Source: a virus
Direction: 5' to 3' (one strand)
DNA: 39,063 bases
IMG/VR virus record: IMGVR_UViG_3300045988_105464
Location: 1-39,063 of that record
Below, piece after piece: positions 28,891 through 36,589 of this stretch. The position numbers and the translations under genes were made by a program. Every line of letters begins with the position of its first letter. The stretch's first letter is position 1. The notes below the pieces were generated by a model. It saw nothing but the letters and a program-made list of their open reading frames with translations. It was not told the DNA's origin and made no database searches.

Positions 28891-29190
28891 ATGGCCGAGT
28901 ACATCGAGAAACAAAAAGCAGTCGATCTGCTGATCGAGTTAGAGAAAGAATTGCAGCAATTTAAGCCATTCAACGGCTTTGAACACGCAATGTATCGCAA
29001 GCTGTGTGAAGCTAAAATTGCTATTGAAAAGCTGCCTGCCGCCGATGTGGTGCCAGTGCTTCGCTGCAAGGATTGTAAAGATTGGGAGCTCGGACCCGGT
29101 AGTATCCCCATCTGCTGGGAAACATGCGAACCAATTCCGGCAAATGGCTTTTGCAGTCTCGGCAAGCGAAAACCCAGTGCGGATGGCTGA
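28891..29190 (+). CDS. Paralog family member 4 (MAEYIEKQ..., PAADVVPVLRCKDCKDW type)
   Basis: RBS GGGAGGAAAG. 99 aa. Confidence 0.6.
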   Translation: MAEYIEKQKAVDLLIELEKELQQFKPFNGFEHAMYRKLCEAKIAIEKLPAADVVPVLRCKDCKDWELGPGSIPICWETCEPIPANGFCSLGKRKPSADG

Positions 29191-29226
29191 CCGCCAGCCG
29201 CCCAACGCAACAAAAGGAGGTAAGCT

Positions 29227-29427
29227 ATGGAGGATCGGGACAAAAAACTGCTGAAAACCTATGCGGAGAACGACATGAGCATGAAAAAGACCGGCGGCGT
29301 GGTTTACCTGCACTACAACTCCATCCGCTACCGCTTTCAGCTTATTCAGAGGGAAACCGGGCTGAACCCACGGAATTTTTACGATCTGGAAAAGCTGTTA
29401 GCCATGATAGACGCGCAGGGGTCCTGA
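29227..29427 (+). CDS. PucR-C/CdaR-type HTH regulator (small)
   Basis: RBS AAAGGAGG. LHYNSIRYRFQLIQRETGLNPRNFYD matches the HTH_30 pattern. Confidence 0.6.
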   Translation: MEDRDKKLLKTYAENDMSMKKTGGVVYLHYNSIRYRFQLIQRETGLNPRNFYDLEKLLAMIDAQGS

Positions 29428-29480
29428 CCACCTGCATCGGTAGATCAAAGGGGAGGGGCACTTCGTAAAGGAGGCCCATT

Positions 29481-29699
29481 ATGAAATACCGATACACCGT
29501 CCAGCAGCTCCAAAAAATGGAGCGCTGCCGCTATCTCACAGACCGGGAGCGGCGGGTGTTCAACCTTGTTTGCCGCCGTGGCTGGGCAATCGAGGATGCG
29601 GCGGCAGAGCTGTACCTATCCCGCTCCGCTGTGGCCGCCTGCCTTCGTTCCATTCGGAATAAAGCTGGCATATCCCCTCCAAACAAAAAACATCCTTAA
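29481..29699 (+). CDS. Sigma-70 region-4 / LuxR-type HTH protein (late-gene regulator candidate)
   Basis: RBS AAAGGAGG. LTDRERRVFNL...GWAIEDAAAELYLSRSAVAACLRSIRNK. Confidence 0.6.
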   Translation: MKYRYTVQQLQKMERCRYLTDRERRVFNLVCRRGWAIEDAAAELYLSRSAVAACLRSIRNKAGISPPNKKHP

Positions 29700-29798
29700 A
29701 CCATGACAAGCGGTGTCCTGTGGTACGGTAACCATAGAGCACCGCTTGTTTTGCGCGCGGAAACAGGGGGTGTATCTTTGAAAAAGGAGGAATTCCCT

Positions 29799-30386
29799 AT
29801 GGCTGAATTTGCAAGCAAGGGCATTGCGGGCGCTGGTCTCGGCACCGGCATTGCCGGTCTGTCTCTGGGCGTCCTGAACTCTCTGGGCGGTCTCGGCGGG
29901 ATCCTGCTGGGCAATCGCGCCGTCCCCTTTGCCGCTGGTATGGCGGCAGAGGCCGGATGCAGCGAGAACCACACGGTCAACCGCTACGAGCTGTCCATGG
30001 TGCAGGAGAACGCCAAACTCCGCAGCGACATTGCCCTGCGGGATGCCAACACCTACCAGGACCAGAAGATGCTGGAGATGTACAAGTACATCGACGGCAA
30101 GCTGGGCGAGGTGCATGGTGCGCTGGCTTCTCAGGCGGTCAACAATCAGGCCACCAAGGACAGCTTCCAGCTGTTGCAGGAGCGCGTGGACTGCTGCAAG
30201 AACGAACTGTGCGGGGCCATTTCCAGGGAGCGGGACGAGCGGAAGTGCGCTGACAACACCATCGTCACTTACACGAACGCCACCTTTTATCCCAAAATGG
30301 TCGCGGACATCACCACCGGCACCGGCACCACGCCCCAGTCCACCTATAACCCCCTCCCCGTCTCCACCTGCGGCTGCGGCTGCTAA
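29799..30386 (+). CDS. Glycine-zipper N-terminus, coiled-coil, Cys-rich-tail protein
   Basis: ATG at 29799 follows AAAAGGAGG. GIAGAGLGTGIAGLSLGVLNSLGGLGGILLG, a central heptad-like region, and a C-terminal ...VSTCGCGC. Confidence 0.65.
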   Translation: MAEFASKGIAGAGLGTGIAGLSLGVLNSLGGLGGILLGNRAVPFAAGMAAEAGCSENHTVNRYELSMVQENAKLRSDIALRDANTYQDQKMLEMYKYIDGKLGEVHGALASQAVNNQATKDSFQLLQERVDCCKNELCGAISRERDERKCADNTIVTYTNATFYPKMVADITTGTGTTPQSTYNPLPVSTCGCGC

Positions 30387-30447
30387 GAGGCGCAGAGGGA
30401 AGAAGAGAGGGGCATAGCGCCCCTCTCTCCCGTCATTGGAGGAATCT

Positions 30448-30786
30448 ATGGTAACATTGGAACAGATCAAGCAGGGCGCTGCCCGCTATGTGGACGAGGA
30501 ATTTACCGGCAAACTCACCGGCTGGCAGAAATGGGCCGTCGGTGCCGGGGCTGCTATGGCCCTTAACAATCTGGACGCCAGCCTTTCCGCCCTCCGGGAG
30601 CATCCCGCCATGAAGGCCCTCGGCGTCTTTGATGAGGCGGGGAACGTAGATATTGACAAGATCTACACCTGCCTGAAAACCGAAGCCGCCAAAGGCCCCG
30701 TCACCACCAATATCCCCCTGATTGGGAACGTCACGCTGAATGAAACGGATGTGGACAAGCTCTACACCCTTATCAAGCAGAGTTAG
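30448..30786 (+). CDS. Hypothetical protein
   Basis: ATG at 30448 follows TGGAGG with a 5-nt spacer. 112 aa. Confidence 0.55.
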   Translation: MVTLEQIKQGAARYVDEEFTGKLTGWQKWAVGAGAAMALNNLDASLSALREHPAMKALGVFDEAGNVDIDKIYTCLKTEAAKGPVTTNIPLIGNVTLNETDVDKLYTLIKQS

Positions 30787-30795
30787 GAGGATCGT

Positions 30796-31098
30796 ATGCA
30801 CGAGATCAAACACTTGGCCGAAGAGATCCGGGAGGAACTGGACGATGCCGAGAAGTACGCCCGCGAGGCTGCCAAGCACACCGAGGACAGCCCGGAGGAC
30901 GCCAGCACCTACGCCGACCTCAGCCGTCAGGAGCTGGGCCATGCCAATAAGCTCCACGAAATGGCCGTTCGCCATATCGAAAAAGCGAAGGACGCCGGTC
31001 TCCATCCCACGGAGGCCATGCAGGCCGTCTGGAACTGGGAGCATGAACGGATGCTGGACCGCGCCGCCCATGTGAAAACGCTCCTGTCCATGATGTAA
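30796..31098 (+). CDS. Helical-bundle (ferritin-like appearance) hypothetical protein
   Basis: RBS TAGGAGG. 100 aa, all-helical, charged. Confidence 0.55.
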   Translation: MHEIKHLAEEIREELDDAEKYAREAAKHTEDSPEDASTYADLSRQELGHANKLHEMAVRHIEKAKDAGLHPTEAMQAVWNWEHERMLDRAAHVKTLLSMM

Positions 31099-31107
31099 AA
31101 GCCAAAC

Positions 31108-31139
31108 AAAACACCCCCGCCAGACGGCGAGGGTGTTTT
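31108..31139. terminator. Bidirectional rho-independent terminator between the convergent operons
   Basis: aaaacaccc/gggtgtttt form a perfect 9-bp outer stem, with an inner cgcc-agac-ggcg. A-tract and T-tract arms serve both directions. Confidence 0.8.
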
Positions 31140-31140
31140 C

Positions 31141-34100
31141 TTACTTATAGGGGTTCTTGGCGTTGGTGGTACAGATAATGTCCCACAGATCCGCCCGGTT
31201 TTCCTGACCGGCAAGGGCCGCGCTGGCCTCCGCCTTGCTGACCCTGCCGTTTCCGTTCGCGTCGGCCCTGTCCTTCATGGAGAAATACTCCTTGGGGGAA
31301 AGTCCGGCATCATGTGCCTGCTTTACCTTCTCATAGGCTTTCCCGCTCATTTTCTCGCTGCCGTACTTCTGGTACAGGGCCAGAAATTCCCCGGTGGATA
31401 CACCGATGTCCCGCTTGGACGTTTTGGCGTTCTCAATCCACTTGGCGCTGGGCTCATACTTGGGGTCCACCTGCTGACGGGCTGTCTCACGCGCATATTT
31501 ATACACGTTCTGGATGTAGTCCGACTTTTCACTGTCGCTCATGGACTTGTAGGCAGGCAGCTTCACCGCCGCTTCCACCAGCTCCTTCCGCGTCTGCCCC
31601 ATGGCCTTGGCGTACCGGGTGTATTCCTCGCCGGTCATGGTCCGGGTCTCGCCCCCCACCGTATAGGACTTTTCCGCCGCCGCCGGATAAACAGTGCTGT
31701 CTCCGGTGGCCTTTGCCAGCCGCCGGATCTCCTGCGTGGCGGGGCTGTTGTCCTGCGCTTTCAGGAAGCCGGGGGAGAAGAAGGACTGGAACACCCGCTC
31801 CGGCGCGGAGCCGTTGGAGACCTCATTGCCCCACATATCCACCATGGGCTGAAGCTGATTCCGTGCGCCGGGGACCTTCTTCGCCGCCCCCTGCAAGAAA
31901 TAATTCACGTCAGAGGCCACCTGCCCGGAACCCTTTTCCACATAGCTTTTGCGCACCGTATCATCAAATACGGACGCAACCTTGCTTCCGATGGTGGGGA
32001 TATACTGTCCGGCATAGCTACTGGCCGCCTTGCTGATAAGATATGCCCCCGGATCATCCGCATAACTCCAATAGGAGACCAGATCATTCAGGGCGGACAG
32101 CATGGAGGTTTCCCAAATAACGCTGCCAATATTCTTAGTGGCATCTACAAGAGAAACAAATGTCCCGCCGCCCTTCTGAACGGATTTCATGGTGGCAGCG
32201 CCCGCGAACAGGGGCATTGCCACAGGAAGCGCCCAGTCCAATGTATAGGACTTGTCCCCGATCTGGATGGCATAATCCTGTCCGCCCATGGCCTTTTCAA
32301 AGGCCTCCTCCTTGTCATCGTCACCGGCCCGGATGTGGAGCAGCCCCTCCGCCGCCAGATAAGCGCCCAGCGCGAAAATGCCGGTTCCGGTGAGGCCGGA
32401 TGCAAGGGAATCCACGGCGTCCGCCGCCGTGCAGTTACCTCTCCGCACATCCCACAGAGCTTCCTTCACACTCTTTACAATGCCAACAGGGCTGTAATCA
32501 AGACCCGTGGTCAGGATATTGGCCGGGGTCTTGCGGAAGGGGAGAAGCGCATCGGTGACAAAACTTATACCGCGCTCAACAATATTGTCACTCGCATCAT
32601 ACCGGCCGCGCTTGGACAGCGCCTCAGAAAGCGCCGTGGTGTTGCGGTAGGTAGCCTTCTGTGCTTCCTCAATGGCGTAGGCCCGTGCCGCCTCCACGTC
32701 TGCGGCTCTGGTGCCCGCGTGGGCCTCTGCCGCCGTCACGCCTTTGGCTTGCAGTGCTTGGGCGAAGCTGTCTACATAGGCGTTCCGGTTGAAGCGCAAG
32801 TCCTCTCGATCCAGCAATTCGCTGTTCTTTTCGCCTATCCACTGGATAGACCGGGAGAGAACGTCCTCCCCCTTGAACATTTTCCGCTTGCTCTGGATCT
32901 CCCGCTCAATACCTGCCGCCGTGGCGTCGGAATACTTTCCGCTGCCCATAGCCGCGCTCTGGTCCGTCTCATACTGGCCCTTGGCAAAGGCTTTCAGGTC
33001 CTTGTCAACATTCACGGCCTTTGTCCGCTGAGAAGGGTCCTTGATGACCGCCCGCTCGATTGCGGTTCCGATGCCGTTCTTGATCTTCCGTGCGCCCATC
33101 TGAATGGCGTTGCCCATGATGTTGCGGATGTGGGTGGTGGGGTTGGTCAGCATGGAGGTGTACCGCCAGAAATTGGCCTTCTCCATGAAGGTGCTGGGGA
33201 TCTGGTCTGCAATGGACGTTGTGATGGCGTCCCACGCCGCCGCCCGCTCCGCGTCCGTCTCTGCCATCAGGTAGTTGGTTGCCAGCTCGTCAGAGAGCGT
33301 AAAGCCCGTTACCTTGTCGATGTAGTCCACCCGTGCGCTTTCCACGTCTCCGCTGTCGGTGGTGCTCTGCCGGGGCGTCCGGTTCTGCCGTGCCGCCCGG
33401 TCATTCATTCGGTCTACCAGCCGCCGCAGCGTCAGCAAACGGCCTTCCGGCGTCAACCGGTTCATCAGGTTCATGGCCTGCACCATCTGTGCGCTGTCAT
33501 GGGCCGCGTCCGCAATGGCTGTTGCCAGCTCAAAGGCGGCCTTGTGGTCTCCTTCGGAAATGGCGAGGTTGTATGCGCTGATGGCCTCGGCGGTGTCCGC
33601 CTTAGTGATCCGCTGCCCCAGCTCCGCCTTGGCAACGAAACTGTTCGCCACCTCGCGCCAGCCGTCCCGCGCGATCTTGGCCTGCGCCTGCTGCACGGCG
33701 CTCCGGTCCGTCACCACATCATAGTCGAACGCGCCGCTGGAAATGGCGTTTTCATACACAGTTGCCATCTCCGGGGAGGTCAGGGGGCTGTTCAGAATGG
33801 TGGAGACCGTTTTCTCCACATTCCGCCCGGTATCAGGGTTCACAACGGGAACCTCAGAGGGCGCCCGCCGCTGTTCTGCCTGGATGCGCTGGGCGCTGTT
33901 GGGGTTGACCGGGTGGAACTCCTCACTCTTGGCCTGCATGGTGTCAAAGCCTGTATTAACCGCACCCGCCACGGCGTCACCCGGCGTGTCGAAAGCATCC
34001 ACACCCTCTAAGCCGCGGCCCTGCGCCTGCTCACCAGCCCCCAAAATGCCCTGCTTGGTGGTGAGATACCCGCTGTTGGGTTCCACCGTTTCCCCGGTCA

Positions 34101-36579
34101 TGGTGGTGTAGCCGTGGGAGAGCATATCGTCCAGGATCAGCTCCACCCGCTTGGCCGCCGCCACGTTCTCCTGCCCCTGATCGGTGATGATCCGCTGGGC
34201 TGCGTCGATAATGGCGTCACGGGAGAGGCCGGTCTCATTCATGGCCTGACGCAGATGGGGAGAGGTCTGCGCCGCCTGCTGGACGGTGTTACCCTCCATG
34301 GTCCGCTCATAACGGCGGCTCATGGGCTGCTGGAGGGAGAGGTCTGCATCCGCGATCAGGGCGTTGGCCGCTTCCTGATAATAGCGGTGCAGTTCCGGGT
34401 GGTCGAACTGGAAGGCGTTCATGTCTCTGCCGCCCACCGTTTCCATCCGCCGCCGGTCGATGTGCTGCTCCGGGTCGATCTGGAACACCTTGCCGGTGGC
34501 GTCCATGCCCACGGTGCCCGCCTCGTTGGCCCGGAAAACGGCGTCCTGCTGGGCCTCCGTCATGGTATTCAGGTTCGCTCGCTTCCTCCCGAACAGAACC
34601 TCGGAAAGAATGTCCCGGCTTCCCCCGTTCTTGACATTTTCCGCCCCCTGTGCTATGCTATCATTAGCATTGAGGGGACGCGTACCCTCAACAGGGCTTG
34701 ACGCCGCAGAGGAAGGCACGGGTGCTGGACCCGCCAACCTGGCCTCTGCGGGTGTCAGGTCCATTTTTATAATCTGATGGGTCCGATAATTGTTTGCACC
34801 GGGTAGCACTTCAACATCAAATTTTGCGATATAGTCGGTGCCGTTGATTTGCACAGGGGTTTCAAAGTAATCATACCGAACACCGGGGCGATTTCTTCCG
34901 CTATGCTGCGTATATTCTCCACTCCCAACATAGGTCCCGTTCCTAACAACATCGGGAAGATTGCTCAGGAGAGACAGCTTTTCCGCAGTCAGGTTTACAT
35001 CACTGATAACCTTTCCGGGCACGTTGTTATTGATGTCTACCGCGTAGGGCTGTCCGTCGAAAGAGGTTCCCTCTACAACAACGCCCTTTGCGGGCTTGAA
35101 GATGCTCTTGTAGACGTTCTTCAGCGTACTCTTGAAGCTCTGCCCCGGCAGAGAAGATTCCAGCCCCCGCGCCCCGGCAATACTGTTCCGCGCTTGGGTC
35201 AAGGCGTCACTGCTCACCTGCACCGGCGCTGTGTTCTGCCGCTGGGTCTGGGTCGGCACTTCGCCCTTGTAAGGCTTCTTGATGGTAGTCGCCTGACCCA
35301 CCCGAATATTCTCCGCCGTCTCCACACCGGGGGCGGCGTTTTGCGCGCCCTCTGCGGCGTTTGCGGGTGCAGGGGTATAAGTATCCTCCCGCACCTCCGG
35401 GCGCGTCTTCTGCGTGGGCTGTGCGTCCGCCTGGCCGTTTCCACGCTGTCTGATGACGTCAACACCTGCGCCGATGCCGCCCATGGCCGCGCCCACCGCC
35501 GCGTCATACAGTGCCTCACTCAGATCAAACCGGGCAGAGGGGTCATAGGTGGCCCGCTGCAAAACGGGCTGGAAAATATCCTCGATAAATTCCTCACCGC
35601 CCTCGGAGATCATGGAGAGGGCCACGCGGCCCGCCGCGCTGTTGTTCAGCTTGGAAAGCGCGCCGCTGACGGCGTTGTCCAGAACACCGCTGCCGAACGC
35701 CTTCTTGAAGGGGCTTGCCACGTTGCTGATCTTCTCCGTGGCAAGGCTCAGCGCACCGCTGCCCAGTCCGTAGGCAAGCTGTTGGTTGTAGTTGGCCCCG
35801 GCCTGTCTGGCCCGTTGGGCGCTGCTCCCGGCGGAACGGGCCGTCATCAGAGCGAGACCGGATCCGGGGATCACGGCGCTGGCCGCAACATCCCCCGCCA
35901 TCTGTACGCCCTGCACGCCCAGATCCACGGCGAACTGACCCACCGGCCCCAGCCCTTTCTTGGCCTGTGCCACGTCCGCAGCAGAGCTTTGAGACAGGCG
36001 GTCCGCCTTCTGATACGCCTTGTCCGCCACCGCCTTGTCGGACCGCTCCACCGCCTTGGTGTAGCCATCATGGGCCGCGATGCGGCGTTTTGCCGCCGCA
36101 AGGTAGCTCTGCACCTGCTTCACGTCCGCCGCCGTCATGGCCTTGCCGTTGGCCCACTTCACGTCCCGGAGCATCTTTTCATACCGCTTTACCGCGTCAT
36201 GGTCGCTTTGAAGGGAATCCCCGGCGTTCTGGTTGGCGATCCGGGTGTTCAGCTTCCCGGCCCCCTCTGCCAGCACACCGCCCAGATTCGTAAAGGAGGA
36301 ACCGGCGGACTTCGTTGCGCCGGTCACAATGTTTTTGACGCGGCTGGACGCATTGTTTTTGACGCGGGTGGGGTCTGCCACAAAGCCCTGCTGCTTCCCT
36401 GCGTCCGTGGTGGTTTTCTGCGTTGTGGCGGGCTTGGGAACAGAAGATTTCCGTTTCCCATAAGCCACCAAATCGGGCATTTGCGTTGCATTTTTCTGGG
36501 GGGATGTGGAACTTCCGGCGGTAGACTTTACTGATTTGTTTTTTCCATAAGCCACCAAATCGGGCATTTGAACTGCCAT
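31141..36579 (-). CDS. 1812-aa virion-associated polyvalent / ejection-type protein
   Basis: RBS AAGGAG. Last gene of the late operon. Features a duplicated N-terminal QMPDLVAYGK motif, Ala/Gly-rich hydrophobic stretches, a YDYFETPVQINGTDYIAKFDVEV segment, and a C-terminal EF-hand-like loop. Confidence 0.6.
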   Translation of the reverse strand: MAVQMPDLVAYGKNKSVKSTAGSSTSPQKNATQMPDLVAYGKRKSSVPKPATTQKTTTDAGKQQGFVADPTRVKNNASSRVKNIVTGATKSAGSSFTNLGGVLAEGAGKLNTRIANQNAGDSLQSDHDAVKRYEKMLRDVKWANGKAMTAADVKQVQSYLAAAKRRIAAHDGYTKAVERSDKAVADKAYQKADRLSQSSAADVAQAKKGLGPVGQFAVDLGVQGVQMAGDVAASAVIPGSGLALMTARSAGSSAQRARQAGANYNQQLAYGLGSGALSLATEKISNVASPFKKAFGSGVLDNAVSGALSKLNNSAAGRVALSMISEGGEEFIEDIFQPVLQRATYDPSARFDLSEALYDAAVGAAMGGIGAGVDVIRQRGNGQADAQPTQKTRPEVREDTYTPAPANAAEGAQNAAPGVETAENIRVGQATTIKKPYKGEVPTQTQRQNTAPVQVSSDALTQARNSIAGARGLESSLPGQSFKSTLKNVYKSIFKPAKGVVVEGTSFDGQPYAVDINNNVPGKVISDVNLTAEKLSLLSNLPDVVRNGTYVGSGEYTQHSGRNRPGVRYDYFETPVQINGTDYIAKFDVEVLPGANNYRTHQIIKMDLTPAEARLAGPAPVPSSAASSPVEGTRPLNANDSIAQGAENVKNGGSRDILSEVLFGRKRANLNTMTEAQQDAVFRANEAGTVGMDATGKVFQIDPEQHIDRRRMETVGGRDMNAFQFDHPELHRYYQEAANALIADADLSLQQPMSRRYERTMEGNTVQQAAQTSPHLRQAMNETGLSRDAIIDAAQRIITDQGQENVAAAKRVELILDDMLSHGYTTMTGETVEPNSGYLTTKQGILGAGEQAQGRGLEGVDAFDTPGDAVAGAVNTGFDTMQAKSEEFHPVNPNSAQRIQAEQRRAPSEVPVVNPDTGRNVEKTVSTILNSPLTSPEMATVYENAISSGAFDYDVVTDRSAVQQAQAKIARDGWREVANSFVAKAELGQRITKADTAEAISAYNLAISEGDHKAAFELATAIADAAHDSAQMVQAMNLMNRLTPEGRLLTLRRLVDRMNDRAARQNRTPRQSTTDSGDVESARVDYIDKVTGFTLSDELATNYLMAETDAERAAAWDAITTSIADQIPSTFMEKANFWRYTSMLTNPTTHIRNIMGNAIQMGARKIKNGIGTAIERAVIKDPSQRTKAVNVDKDLKAFAKGQYETDQSAAMGSGKYSDATAAGIEREIQSKRKMFKGEDVLSRSIQWIGEKNSELLDREDLRFNRNAYVDSFAQALQAKGVTAAEAHAGTRAADVEAARAYAIEEAQKATYRNTTALSEALSKRGRYDASDNIVERGISFVTDALLPFRKTPANILTTGLDYSPVGIVKSVKEALWDVRRGNCTAADAVDSLASGLTGTGIFALGAYLAAEGLLHIRAGDDDKEEAFEKAMGGQDYAIQIGDKSYTLDWALPVAMPLFAGAATMKSVQKGGGTFVSLVDATKNIGSVIWETSMLSALNDLVSYWSYADDPGAYLISKAASSYAGQYIPTIGSKVASVFDDTVRKSYVEKGSGQVASDVNYFLQGAAKKVPGARNQLQPMVDMWGNEVSNGSAPERVFQSFFSPGFLKAQDNSPATQEIRRLAKATGDSTVYPAAAEKSYTVGGETRTMTGEEYTRYAKAMGQTRKELVEAAVKLPAYKSMSDSEKSDYIQNVYKYARETARQQVDPKYEPSAKWIENAKTSKRDIGVSTGEFLALYQKYGSEKMSGKAYEKVKQAHDAGLSPKEYFSMKDRADANGNGRVSKAEASAALAGQENRADLWDIICTTNAKNPYK

Positions 36580-36589
36580 AGCACGCTCC

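Noticed and set aside
28649-28933. A 94-aa plus-strand ORF spanning two gene boundaries
   Set aside because: It has an implausible composition and crosses the start/stop-coupled junctions of 28489..28749, 28746..28889 and 28891..29190, which explain the region better.
31141-36579. Tape measure protein
   Set aside because: The genome has no tail tube, sheath, terminator, chaperone-frameshift or baseplate genes. The protein has domain-like inserts rather than uniform helical repeats.
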